From a virus (taxonomy: Duplodnaviria > Heunggongvirae > Uroviricota > Caudoviricetes): a stretch of DNA of 64,000 nt. The stretch is from IMG/VR virus record IMGVR_UViG_3300045988_156427, one strand, 5' to 3'. The translations under genes and the position numbers were made by a program. The notes beneath the pieces were generated by a model. The model was not told the DNA's origin. It was given only the letters and a program-made list of their open reading frames with translations, and did not search any database. The first letter of the stretch is position 1. Every line of letters starts with the position of its first letter. This document shows positions 10,431 through 19,936 of the stretch, piece after piece.

Positions 10431-10631
10431 TTATCTGCTGCCCGGCATTCTCTGTTTAAGCACAACCATTTCCTGACGGCATAACACAGCAATAGCGGTC
10501 CTGACTCCAATTTGCTTACCAACCAGGTATTGCTTTACCTTGCGGCGACTCACGCCATCAAGAAGCATCTTTAACGCTTCACGGGACAATTTGTTGTATT
10601 TGCGTGCCATTAATCTACTCCGCAGAACCAT
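10431..10631 (-). CDS. small basic protein, possible DNA-binding
   Basis: ORF track; likely starts at internal [14 protein letters not shown]. Confidence 0.3.
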
Positions 10632-10995
10632 ACAATCTACGTAACGTGTCGGCGACAGAAGATACAGATATCTCGCCAGTCGCAGCGCCTACAGTAAGGT
10701 CTGCCAGTTCAGGTGAATCAAATACCTGCACCCCGTTACGGCGTAGAAATAACAGCGCACTGTTTAGCGCGGTACGCTTATTGGCATCATTGAATATATG
10801 CCCTCTCGCTGTAGCCACCAGGTAGGTGGCGGAGACTTCGAAAAGGTCGGTGATCTCTTCGTAGGCAACTCTGGCCTGAACTCTCCCGATAATGGCCTCT
10901 GCCCTACCCGGATCAGACATTCCCGGCAGGCCGCCGTAGCGGCTTATATTCGCATCATGAAGCGCAATAAGTTCTTCCGGTGATATATGCCTCAT
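10615..10995 (-). CDS. doc: Doc toxin (Fic fold)
   Basis: 126 aa starting [22 protein letters not shown]; matches P1 Doc as I recall it. Confidence 0.95.
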
Positions 10996-11216
10996 TATCG
11001 GTTAACCAGTTCCTTGTTGGTGGAGTCCAGGGTGTCAAACAGGGATGCAAATTCAGCATCCAGCGCCGCTTTTTTGTAGGCTTCGAAAGTAGCCTTGCTG
11101 ACAATTACTGCTGGCTCACGGCCTCTGCGGGTGATTTCAACCTCTTCCCCGGCCTCAACATTGTTGAGCACTTCAGAAAGGTTGCCGCGCGCGGTACGGA
11201 AGTTAATGGATTGCAT
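10995..11216 (-). CDS. phd: Phd antitoxin
   Basis: Internal start [32 protein letters not shown], 73 aa; overlaps doc start. Confidence 0.9.
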
Positions 11217-11288
11217 AAACACCTCGTGTACTCGTTATGTGTACACAATTATAAACTTCACAGGCATAAAGCACCAGCACTTTGCAGC

Positions 11289-11678
11289 TTAAATAACCGG
11301 ACAATCATCAAATTCCCCACTTCGGGCATCATTGATGACATGAGTGATCACACCAAAAACAGCATTACTGCCCGTGTATCCATCGTCATCTACTGGTAAC
11401 GCCTCTTTCTTCCCAGTGCTTAAATCCTCCAGGTGCTGGCGCGGATACTTCCTGTATCTCTTTATGCGATATTCACCCTCCATAGCGCACACAAGCAGAG
11501 AACCATCAACCGGAGTAAGCGAGGAATCAACCACCAGCAAAGCACCCTGCAATATTCCCTCACGGTGATGGCTATCAGCTGCCCGCATGAAGTAGGTCGC
11601 TGAAGGATGTCTAATTATCTGCTGATCAAGAGAAATTCGGCTTTCAACATAATCCGCCGCAGGAGAAGGGAAGCCCAT
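11289..11678 (-). CDS. humD: HumD, UmuD-family protein
   Basis: 129 aa; LexA box directly upstream. Confidence 0.8.
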   Translation of the reverse strand: MGFPSPAADYVESRISLDQQIIRHPSATYFMRAADSHHREGILQGALLVVDSSLTPVDGSLLVCAMEGEYRIKRYRKYPRQHLEDLSTGKKEALPVDDDGYTGSNAVFGVITHVINDARSGEFDDCPVI

Positions 11679-11697
11679 AGCGTTTTACCTCAATGAT

Positions 11698-11717
11698 ACT
11701 GTTTATTCATACAGTAT
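11698..11717. promoter_or_regulatory. LexA (SOS) box upstream of humD
   Basis: TACTGTTTATTCATACAGTA, CTGT-N8-ACAG palindrome. Confidence 0.7.
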
Positions 11718-11801
11718 ACATTGAAAAGGCATAGTTTGTGAAAGCGGGGTTTGTAGGCGAGCCACGCTGGGGGCTAATCACATTTCTCCCCCATCTTGCC
11801 G

Positions 11802-12074
11802 TTATTTTTTTGGTGCATCCTCGTTCTGATACACCGGATCGCTCCCTTTTGGCAACTGGAGGCTTAACTGCCGATAGTGCCGTAACCGTTCCATGAAATA
11901 GGTGCGCAGATTCTCTGGTTGCTCGCGGGCTACCTGTTCAGCTATGACAGGTATGTTCAATCGCTCTTTGTACGCCACACCGCTGGCAGCCAGATCAACG
12001 TTAACCTTATCCCGTTCTTCCTGACTTTTAGCTGCAATATTCCAATCGTGCATATCAAATCCCATCCAGAACAA
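11802..12074 (-). CDS. hot: Hot, homologue of DNA polymerase III theta subunit (HolE)
   Basis: [36 protein letters not shown] resembles HolE; start may be an internal Met. Confidence 0.75.
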   Translation of the reverse strand: MFWMGFDMHDWNIAAKSQEERDKVNVDLAASGVAYKERLNIPVIAEQVAREQPENLRTYFMERLRHYRQLSLQLPKGSDPVYQNEDAPKK

Positions 12075-12502
12075 TTGCGTAACGACTATTATTTAACCAG
12101 CAAAGTAACTTTTAATTTTTTTTCTTTTCCCATTGATTTTTGTGCACAGCTTATCTGCCTTGCCGTGCGCAGAATCAACTTTTTTCTTCCTGATTTATCC
12201 ACAAAGTTATGCACTTGCAAGAGGGCCATTTTCTAAATATTGTGATGTTTCACAAATGAAATGAATTTTGATTAATGAAGATAAGGAGAAAATTTGAGAT
12301 GCAATCATGACGTTAATAGATAGGGTCTGCATTACAGACCCCATCCGCATCAAGGAATTAGCCGTTCCCTGATGTTGTTCCGAAAACATGTGCCGTAAGC
12401 TCACGTTAACGACTTTCTTTCACCGAATCCAACTATATAGGGGTTGGGTTTCTACGTCAACGTGAGCAAGTGCTCCTTTACATTTGACAAGGAACCACCT
12501 TA

Positions 12503-12640
12503 ATGACTGCTTTTTTTCAGTTCCTGAGTGCATTTTTAGATGCGCCTGTTATTAGCCAGATTCTGGCGATCATCCTCATCATCGTTTTGATTTTGCTTTT
12601 AAGGTCAGTAAAAAATGGAATTATGCACTGGCTTACTTAA
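12503..12640 (+). CDS. 45-aa hydrophobic peptide in AT-rich intergenic gap
   Basis: Hand translation MTAFFQFLSAFLDAPVISQILAIILIIVLILLLRSVKNGIMHWLT; TTGACA and AAGGA upstream; below track length cutoff. Confidence 0.3.
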   Translation: MTAFFQFLSAFLDAPVISQILAIILIIVLILLLRSVKNGIMHWLT

Positions 12641-12714
12641 TGTTCAGTGAAACATTAAAATCTCCTTGATGTGGAAACAATCATTTTCTGTATGTGCTGG
12701 TGGGTACCTGTAGT

Positions 12715-13077
12715 TCAGCTTTCGTTGGCATTTAACTTCGTCTTTGCTTTCTCCACCAGCAACTTCCAGATGCCTATTTCATTAGCAGCCGCCTTGATGG
12801 CGGCATAAAAAGCATCTTGCTGATCGTAACGCTGAATCTGTTTTTTCATTTTTGCCTCCACCAATTTAATTTCATTACGTGCTTTCTGAAGCCGCAGCGC
12901 CGCCCGGTTACGTCTGTTCTTGTATAGCGCGTTAATCTCTGATAATTGCTTTAATTTACCAGCCTGACTGCGGATTATCGCCTCTCTGACTTCTGCCGTG
13001 CGTCTCATCTGATCTCTTAAGAGTTCACCGTTTTCGATAATTCTTTCAAGGTGTTTGATGTGATCTGCAACTCTCAT
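12715..13077 (-). CDS. hypothetical coiled-coil protein
   Basis: ORF track. Confidence 0.45.
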   Translation of the reverse strand: MRVADHIKHLERIIENGELLRDQMRRTAEVREAIIRSQAGKLKQLSEINALYKNRRNRAALRLQKARNEIKLVEAKMKKQIQRYDQQDAFYAAIKAAANEIGIWKLLVEKAKTKLNANES

Positions 13078-14006
13078 ACTTCACCCTCGCTTGTATCGCC
13101 AGCATCCACCAGCGGCAATAAAGCCCTGGCCATCTTATGAACCAATAGTGCATCAATAATGCCAAGCGTATGCCCCGGCTTAATGTTTAATGCCGCCTCA
13201 AGGTGACACCTTTCCAGGCCACTTTTCTCGGCTTGTTTATGATGATCTGGTGTAATAACGTCGCCCAAAACACGGCTAATTCTTTCTCGTAATTGCTGGG
13301 TGCCAGCACACTTGATCGCTGTATCGTGGAGACGGTTAACCAGTTCGCGATAAACATGCGGCTTAATTCGGATACGTTCACCGGTGACGCCCTTTCCTGG
13401 TGCTGGCACCGAACTATCCGGAATATCCGGATAGTTGCCAGCCTCGTAAGCTACCCGCAGCCAGTGCATGAATGTTTCAGTGGACACACAACCACAGTCC
13501 ACATCGATTTTCCCGCGTTGCTGTTCCAGCCATTGCCCAAAATCCAACCTGTAAGTCTTACTTTCAAGTTCATCACCATTGAACTCGACTTTCTGCGACG
13601 CTATGAGAGCTGATTCGTATTGTTCGCGAGTGACAACTGACTGGTATTCATCGCTATCAAGGTCACCAATTGGAAGCTCAATCTCACAACAAAAATTGCG
13701 CCCAAAGAAAGTGTCTTTTTTGTGGTCTGAGCCAAAAGCAAAAGTCGCGCATGGTGCCATTAAATTGACACTGGGTAGGTAACAATAACTCATTCCATCA
13801 GGCCACCCGCCGCACTTAGGCAGTTCCTTCACTAACAAGTCGATAAACTTCATTTTTTTATCATCTTTGCAAGCCGCCAAAGCCATTTGGGCAAGTGCCA
13901 ATACTTCATCTGCCGTATATCCAGCACCGTGACCATACATTTCGATACGGGAAATAATCTCTGATATACGCTCTTCAGTGATTCTGGTCATTTCTTTTTG
14001 CGCCAT
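13074..14006 (-). CDS. hypothetical protein
   Basis: ORF track, 310 aa, overlapping start/stop with neighbours. Confidence 0.5.
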   Translation of the reverse strand: MAQKEMTRITEERISEIISRIEMYGHGAGYTADEVLALAQMALAACKDDKKMKFIDLLVKELPKCGGWPDGMSYCYLPSVNLMAPCATFAFGSDHKKDTFFGRNFCCEIELPIGDLDSDEYQSVVTREQYESALIASQKVEFNGDELESKTYRLDFGQWLEQQRGKIDVDCGCVSTETFMHWLRVAYEAGNYPDIPDSSVPAPGKGVTGERIRIKPHVYRELVNRLHDTAIKCAGTQQLRERISRVLGDVITPDHHKQAEKSGLERCHLEAALNIKPGHTLGIIDALLVHKMARALLPLVDAGDTSEGEV

Positions 14007-14362
14007 TTCTTTTCACATTCCTTAGTCCATTTTTCAATGTTCATTTTGGCAATATCAGTCATTCCATCACCTAAGAAATACTTTCTCCGGTACGTCTTGC
14101 ACTTAAACCACACTACAACAGCCACCAGCCAGAAAATAAAAGGCCATACAGCAATACCAACTCCAGCCGCGATAAAGCCCAATAGCCATAAATGAAGCTC
14201 TCCAACTTCTGTTTGCGGCAATATTCTTAAAGAATTAAGCAGCAGACTGAAGGAATAGTCGTATGCATTGGCGGTATAAGACATGCAATCCATATAATTA
14301 AAGTCATAGCCTGCGGCTGCCGCCCATAATGGGCGGTCAAGAAAATGTTTTAGTGTCATCAT
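13988..14362 (-). CDS. membrane protein
   Basis: ORF track; hydrophobic segment LWLLGFIAAGVGIAVWPFIFWLVAVVVWF. Confidence 0.45.
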   Translation of the reverse strand: MMTLKHFLDRPLWAAAAGYDFNYMDCMSYTANAYDYSFSLLLNSLRILPQTEVGELHLWLLGFIAAGVGIAVWPFIFWLVAVVVWFKCKTYRRKYFLGDGMTDIAKMNIEKWTKECEKKWRKKK

Positions 14363-14368
14363 ATAAAT

Positions 14369-14758
14369 TTAAGGTTCAGACCAGTTATCTTCAATAGCAA
14401 TGCTTAATCTTTGTAGCCATTCTGCTAATTTCAGCATTGCTTCTCTTTCGCTTAAACCACGAGGAAAATCATCAAGCGAAATTGTTGGCTTGAAGCCCCC
14501 GTAACTATCTATTTCAACAGTCAGATTTTGCTCCAGCACGGTATTCCTTACGCGGCTATTGTGCCGAAGCAAATATACTGAACGTGATTTATTGGTTTTA
14601 TGGTCAAACTGATATTCGGTAAGTATCATCTGGCTTTTGCCATGACTATTACCTCTCCACATACTTACCTCACTTAATAAAACAACTCCATGCGTAGTTG
14701 ATGATTTTTTCCCACGTAATATAAATCTGCACTCCGGCAGTAAAACCAAAGCCAACAA
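14369..14758 (-). CDS. hypothetical protein
   Basis: ORF track; start uncertain. Confidence 0.4.
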   Translation of the reverse strand: MLALVLLPECRFILRGKKSSTTHGVVLLSEVSMWRGNSHGKSQMILTEYQFDHKTNKSRSVYLLRHNSRVRNTVLEQNLTVEIDSYGGFKPTISLDDFPRGLSEREAMLKLAEWLQRLSIAIEDNWSEP

Positions 14759-14840
14759 TTGCTGAAAAAATCAAAACATTTACTTTTGACATTATAAATT
14801 TTCTCTCGGTGTCGTAGGTGATAGCACCATAATTGATAAT

Positions 14841-15092
14841 TTAGTGAGTTAGCAGTTCCATTTTTTGGATGATTTCCGCATGAGCATCATCGTTATCAAC
14901 ACTTAACTCGTTTAATGCCTCTCGCACTACATCAACTTCTTCTGGTTGGAAGAAGTCATCTCGGTAGTCACCAAATAGAACCGAAACAAGCCTGCCACCA
15001 GCAACATCAAGATTGGCGCTAACAGGTGGCTCTTTGCCATCCTCAAATTCGACTACAAAAGTTATTTTTCCCATCGTTACCACCAGCGACAA
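14841..15092 (-). CDS. hypothetical acidic protein
   Basis: ORF track. Confidence 0.4.
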   Translation of the reverse strand: MSLVVTMGKITFVVEFEDGKEPPVSANLDVAGGRLVSVLFGDYRDDFFQPEEVDVVREALNELSVDNDDAHAEIIQKMELLTH

Positions 15093-15156
15093 ATTGAATA
15101 CAAACCCAGTGCTGCCGCCATCACAATTCCTACCGTGGTGAATGCTTCAGGCCAGC

Positions 15157-15909
15157 TCATTGATTCACCTCCTGCGGCGGTTCTGGTAGCGGCATCCAGT
15201 GTGATGGAATCCACGACGCACCAGGTATTACCCACCCATCATTAGCGTCAGGATGCCCCGGGATGTAAGTCGCCCATTTCATTCGCCAGTCACCTTTCCT
15301 GTCAAACTCCCTGGCAACAAGAACGGCTGTTTTGGTATCCGGCATTCGCTCACTACAGCTTATCCAACCATCCGGAGTTACCGGAGAGTTGCCAGCCAGT
15401 CTACGCAAAACAGCCTTAATTGCATCAATACGGTCATCATCAACTTTTTCTACAATATTGGAATTTAAATACTTCGAAGCCTTGCTATGCCAATCGCTGG
15501 TTTTAGGGTCTTGTCCATCCATCAAACGCCAAGCTTCAGCGATTAACTCATAGCCAGTAACAGTGGCTTCCTGCGCATCACCAATCAGTTGTGTGATCTC
15601 TCTTTCAAGCATGCTTAGAGCGTTAGGCATTGGTTTTTCTTCCGGTACTACTGGAACGGGGGGAGCGGCGTAGACCTCAATAATTCCATTATCAATAGGC
15701 CATTCTCCATCCTTGAGGTAGTCACTTGTGCCGTCAACTTGCTGTTCTGCAATGTGGAATGCACCTATTGGTTTTGCTTCCAGCGATGCCAGAGCAATCC
15801 GTGCCAGTTCTTCCGCTTCTTCTGCTGGCAGTACAACGTTGCTACCCGGTCCGTATGTTTCGCGCCACTGCTTGATTGTCAGCAGTCGCTCTTTGGTTAT
15901 AGTGGTCAT
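15157..15909 (-). CDS. hypothetical protein, DUF551-like C-terminus
   Basis: ORF track; C-terminal WxxxPxE pattern common in phage DUF551 proteins (memory-based). Confidence 0.45.
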   Translation of the reverse strand: MTTITKERLLTIKQWRETYGPGSNVVLPAEEAEELARIALASLEAKPIGAFHIAEQQVDGTSDYLKDGEWPIDNGIIEVYAAPPVPVVPEEKPMPNALSMLEREITQLIGDAQEATVTGYELIAEAWRLMDGQDPKTSDWHSKASKYLNSNIVEKVDDDRIDAIKAVLRRLAGNSPVTPDGWISCSERMPDTKTAVLVAREFDRKGDWRMKWATYIPGHPDANDGWVIPGASWIPSHWMPLPEPPQEVNQ

Positions 15910-16187
15910 TTGTTAATCCTCAAAACTTTATGCCCGGGCGCAAAAGCACGCGTTTTGTCTTTGCTTATTCGCCAGCCATCCTTGCGCGCCTCTTTTGCAC
16001 AGCCAGCCCATGACGTACCTATATACTCACCGAAGTCTGGCACTGGATATACACCTTCCGTGCACTGACGGCAGTCACAATAGAGATGCATGGTGTAACT
16101 TGCAGCGATAGCCATATCACTCTCCTTTAGTACGCAAGTGGTTTTTCCAGCGGTTTTGCGCCGCGCTGGGCTTTTTGCAAAAACCAC
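15906..16187 (-). CDS. small Cys-rich protein
   Basis: ORF track. Confidence 0.35.
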   Translation of the reverse strand: MVFAKSPARRKTAGKTTCVLKESDMAIAASYTMHLYCDCRQCTEGVYPVPDFGEYIGTSWAGCAKEARKDGWRISKDKTRAFAPGHKVLRINK

Positions 16188-16477
16188 AATCCATCATCCC
16201 GTAATGTTTCATTAACCCCATCCGTCGGTTGCTGAGTCTCACCCACTGCCAGACGCCAGGAGCGTTTCTACGAACTAACAGAATCTTTGCTTTACGGTTT
16301 TTCATCGCTTTGCTCTCCTGCGTCTCTTTGCTGCTCGTCGTGCCGCTGCAATACCGGTATGGCGGCGCTTTGGTGCCGGGATGATGTTGTCAGCCATCAG
16401 GACATGTGGCTTTGCAATTAGCGCAGAAGCCCAAAAACGAGTCGGGTACGGTAACAAGCCGATACATGCCACACGCA

Positions 16478-17125
16478 CTACTCACCTCCGTTGATGCGAA
16501 TGCCAGCGGCACGGGAATCATTCCATCGCTTTACTTCTTCACGAATTACGTCAATGCATTCTTTCGAATCCATTAGGTAATCTTCATCAAAAAGCCTTTC
16601 CTGTTCGTTTTCTATCGCAACAATGATTGCTTCAACTAACTTTTGTGCCTGAGAACCACTTTCTAACTCTGCAATGCGCTTCTCTGCGGCTTCCAGCTTC
16701 TCGCGCATATCGTCAACGTACTCGACCAGAGATCCGCCAGCAGGAATTTCGCACTCCTCGACCAGTTGGAAGTAGATATCAGCTGCGGCCCGTGTGTTGC
16801 TATGCCTAGCGTCGCCCATCTCACCTTCACGAAGAGCATCGCGTTCGGCGGTAAGATTGGCTATTTTGCTGTCTTTGCCTTCCAGCTCAACACGCAGCTT
16901 CCCTACCGTTAGCGCAATTTCCTCGTTCTCCTGGTCGCGGCGTTTGATGTATTGCTGGTTTCTTTCCCGTTCATCCAACAATGCCAGCGCGATATCTGGC
17001 GAAAAGTGCTTCATAAAATCGTTAAGCGCATTAATTCGCTGATCGAAAGGCATTACAGGTGCTTCACCAGCAATTTTTGTTTTTTCAGCGATTTCACGAA
17101 GCTTTTGATAATCAATCTTGCTCAC
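16478..17125 (-). CDS. Ead/Ea22-like coiled-coil protein
   Basis: 215-aa acidic coiled-coil; resembles lambdoid Ea22-type proteins (memory-based). Confidence 0.45.
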   Translation of the reverse strand: MSKIDYQKLREIAEKTKIAGEAPVMPFDQRINALNDFMKHFSPDIALALLDERERNQQYIKRRDQENEEIALTVGKLRVELEGKDSKIANLTAERDALREGEMGDARHSNTRAAADIYFQLVEECEIPAGGSLVEYVDDMREKLEAAEKRIAELESGSQAQKLVEAIIVAIENEQERLFDEDYLMDSKECIDVIREEVKRWNDSRAAGIRINGGE

Positions 17126-17361
17126 TGGTTGCCTCCTTTACGGATCTGCGCTGCGATGCGCGAAAAAAAAGACTCCCGCGTATGACTGTTAAGAGCTGGC
17201 GCGAACGCTGCGTTAAGAACAGCAGCATCACAGCCGTCATCAATATAGAGCGCAATTTTTTTCTCCAGGCGCGCTTTGGCTTCCTGCAACTGCATACCCC
17301 GGCACGCACGCGGGATATAATCAGCAATTTGAGCGATAGCCTTTTCGTTCTGTTTAAACAT
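17122..17361 (-). CDS. hypothetical protein
   Basis: ORF track. Confidence 0.35.
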   Translation of the reverse strand: MFKQNEKAIAQIADYIPRACRGMQLQEAKARLEKKIALYIDDGCDAAVLNAAFAPALNSHTRESFFSRIAAQIRKGGNQ

Positions 17362-17557
17362 GCTTCACCTCGATAGGCTTGATGGTGTCTAACAGCAGTC
17401 GACGGCGCGTATTTTCTGCAAAGTGGCGGCGTCCAGTTTCTTTGTGGTAAAACTCGTTTTTGCCAACGACCCACATCCGCTCTGTTTGGTGCAGTTTTTT
17501 TACCTTCGGGCCATCTTTGGTGATCACGGTACCGGTATGGGTTTTTACGATTGTCAT
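17354..17557 (-). CDS. hypothetical protein
   Basis: ORF track. Confidence 0.35.
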   Translation of the reverse strand: MTIVKTHTGTVITKDGPKVKKLHQTERMWVVGKNEFYHKETGRRHFAENTRRRLLLDTIKPIEVKHV

Positions 17558-18432
17558 TCCACTACCTCTTCGAATTTCAACTCCAATTGGTCACCCCAGA
17601 TTTCACATGATTCGGAACACGAACCAGTATCAAACCGCTTGGCCAGCACCATCGCCTGATACAAATTTCTGTAGTCACTGTCGGCATACATTCTGGCAAT
17701 CCCGTCAAGCGTCAGGTGGCCACGGTACATAACGTCTTTACCTGTTCTGCGATGACCATCCCTGACGTGTTTGCCTGTAACCAGTTCATTAAAAACCCGC
17801 ATCAGACCTGGTTCGTCTTTACATGCAAGCCCCAGCTTTTGCGTTGACTTTTTGATGCAAAAAACACAGTTCCCGAGGTGCTCCGGGATTTGCAAATCAA
17901 AAGGTTGTTTTCGCCACCACCGGATAACATCCGACTTATCAAAATCTGACAGTTCGGCAAGATACCGGACGCCCGGTTTCGGTTTCAGCCTACGGGGTTC
18001 GTCCGCACGAATACCGAGCCATGTGATGTAATTCCCTCGCCCAAAATGGTCATCGCAATATTTCGTGAAAGGGGTGAGTTTTAGCCTGTCGGTACAGAAC
18101 GCGCCGCCGATGTATGGCGTACCGTACTTTTTAACCATGTCCATAAACGGTTTAAGCACCGGCATTCGCGTCTGAATATCCTTTGGTTCCCATTCCGTAT
18201 AACCATTTGGCTGCCCAAGTTCTGGATTTATATCGACCTGCAACACCGTTAGCGGTACGTTCCAGAACTTCACAACCTCACGAATAAAGCGATACGTCAG
18301 AGGATGTTCACAGCCGGTATCCATAAAAATGAAATGGACGCTAGCGCCAGCTTTTCGCTGTGCTTCCATCAGATGAACGAGATAAGCCGATGTTCGTCCA
18401 CCTGAAAAGCTGACGACTTGATGCATACTCAC
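17554..18432 (-). CDS. PAPS reductase-like (PP-loop ATP pyrophosphatase family) protein
   Basis: N-terminal SFSGGRTSAYL PP-loop motif; 292 aa. Confidence 0.65.
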   Translation of the reverse strand: MSMHQVVSFSGGRTSAYLVHLMEAQRKAGASVHFIFMDTGCEHPLTYRFIREVVKFWNVPLTVLQVDINPELGQPNGYTEWEPKDIQTRMPVLKPFMDMVKKYGTPYIGGAFCTDRLKLTPFTKYCDDHFGRGNYITWLGIRADEPRRLKPKPGVRYLAELSDFDKSDVIRWWRKQPFDLQIPEHLGNCVFCIKKSTQKLGLACKDEPGLMRVFNELVTGKHVRDGHRRTGKDVMYRGHLTLDGIARMYADSDYRNLYQAMVLAKRFDTGSCSESCEIWGDQLELKFEEVVE

Positions 18433-18435
18433 GGT

Positions 18436-19164
18436 TTATTCCTGAATGCGCTTAAACTCGATTACCCACACCCAGGGATTAGCGTTCCAGCTTTCTTCAC
18501 CATAGATGGATTCCCACAGGCGCTGGAACGCAACCTTGGCCATTGCGAAATCCCCCTTGGGAGTAAGGAATGTTCCCGGGTGATCAGGAAGCAAACTTCC
18601 AGCAGGCGGAACGCCCTCAGCCCTTGCATCGCATTCGCTGATATCGTTCAACCGTTCAACGCGCACGTTGGTAATTTCCAACAGAATGCGTGATGCCCAT
18701 CGCGGCATGTGAATTGATGGACGCCACCCACCATCAAACTTTTCATTCACAGTGTGAGGTTTCCAGTCGGCATCATCGGGTATCGACCATAAGCCGTAAT
18801 CACCAGGTTTTTGCTCGCAACTGGCCCGATAAATCCTTGCTGCGTTCTTCTCATCGCCACGACAAAGGTTGTCGTTCCAGTCCACACTGCAACCATCCTC
18901 ATTGCCTAATATCGCCCATGTTTCACGAACCCAAATTCGATCGCCGACGATACCAAATGGGCAATTGAAAACACTGCTTACACCATCAGCCCCGTACCAC
19001 TGAAAACCTGCACCAATTTTTCTAACCATCACTGGTGCTTCTGGACCAACTTCCGCAGGCTGATTTTTCATTATCCGCCGCGTCTGCGTTTTCCTTCCTT
19101 CGAGGATGGCCCGGACCATCTCATCGTTGAAAATCATGCCGCGCTCTTTCACTTCGCCTTTCAT
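18436..19164 (-). CDS. conserved phage hypothetical protein
   Basis: N-terminal FNDEMVRAILEGRKTQTRR signature seen in many prophages (memory-based). Confidence 0.45.
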   Translation of the reverse strand: MKGEVKERGMIFNDEMVRAILEGRKTQTRRIMKNQPAEVGPEAPVMVRKIGAGFQWYGADGVSSVFNCPFGIVGDRIWVRETWAILGNEDGCSVDWNDNLCRGDEKNAARIYRASCEQKPGDYGLWSIPDDADWKPHTVNEKFDGGWRPSIHMPRWASRILLEITNVRVERLNDISECDARAEGVPPAGSLLPDHPGTFLTPKGDFAMAKVAFQRLWESIYGEESWNANPWVWVIEFKRIQE

Positions 19165-19173
19165 GCATCCCCC

Positions 19174-19260
19174 TTACCCATGTGCGACGATGCCGCCAAA
19201 AGTGATAGAGAACAGCCAGAAATAGATCGCGGCCATAATGATTTTGAATGCCGTGTTCAT
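19174..19260 (-). CDS. 28-aa hydrophobic peptide, first ORF of a C1-controlled operon
   Basis: Hand translation MNTAFKIIMAAIYFWLFSITFGGIVAHG; AGGAG SD; CCAATCAATCA motif and C1 operator upstream. Confidence 0.35.
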   Translation of the reverse strand: MNTAFKIIMAAIYFWLFSITFGGIVAHG

Positions 19261-19342
19261 ATTTTCAGCTCCTGTGATTGATTGGATACATGCCGCGCCT
19301 TGCGGCATGTTTTTATTTTCACTTTCTCCGTTTTAAAAATCA

Positions 19343-19359
19343 AGATTTATTAGAGCAAT
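19343..19359 (-). promoter_or_regulatory. C1 operator
   Basis: Reverse complement ATTGCTCTAATAAATCT, 16/17. Confidence 0.7.
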
Positions 19360-19865
19360 CATTGTTGATGAAGAAGCGCATTTTCATACTCCCTGACCAT
19401 TAACGTAAGCACGCCGTGCCTCCTGAAAACACGCGCCACTTCAATCTTATCTTCCAGCGCGAACGCGATTTTACTTAGACCAATTTTCTTAAGGAGATCA
19501 ATCTTTGCTGGGCCGTCATTTCTGTCATCGGTGGCAGGACGCATAGATAGCAAAGGCTCAGCCCCGTTTGTTACGTACTTCCGCAGCCAGGCTCGTGTTT
19601 TATCCCTTGCGATCTCACAGCGCCCGGTTACAAACCAGACCGTGTAAACGTTAAATAACTGGCGCACCATATCAATAACTGGAGTGATGGGAGTATCGGT
19701 GTCACAGGCGAGATTAAACTCGTTCCAGTCCTTTGTTAATGCACCTTTACCTGGTGGCGGAAGCAAATGCAGTCTGTCTTCAGTTGCCTCTGATATTGTT
19801 CCATCAATATCAACTATGACGATATACGGACGTTCCTGGTGTGCGTGTTTATTGAAAATACTCAA
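19359..19865 (-). CDS. HAD-superfamily phosphatase-like protein
   Basis: N-terminal IVIVDIDGT (DxDGT) motif. Confidence 0.55.
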   Translation of the reverse strand: MSIFNKHAHQERPYIVIVDIDGTISEATEDRLHLLPPPGKGALTKDWNEFNLACDTDTPITPVIDMVRQLFNVYTVWFVTGRCEIARDKTRAWLRKYVTNGAEPLLSMRPATDDRNDGPAKIDLLKKIGLSKIAFALEDKIEVARVFRRHGVLTLMVREYENALLHQQ

Positions 19866-19936
19866 ATGCCCTCCTCATTGGACGAAAAAATGCTGGTGGG
19901 CGCACTCCACCAGCATTAAAAGTGACACTGTAACTG

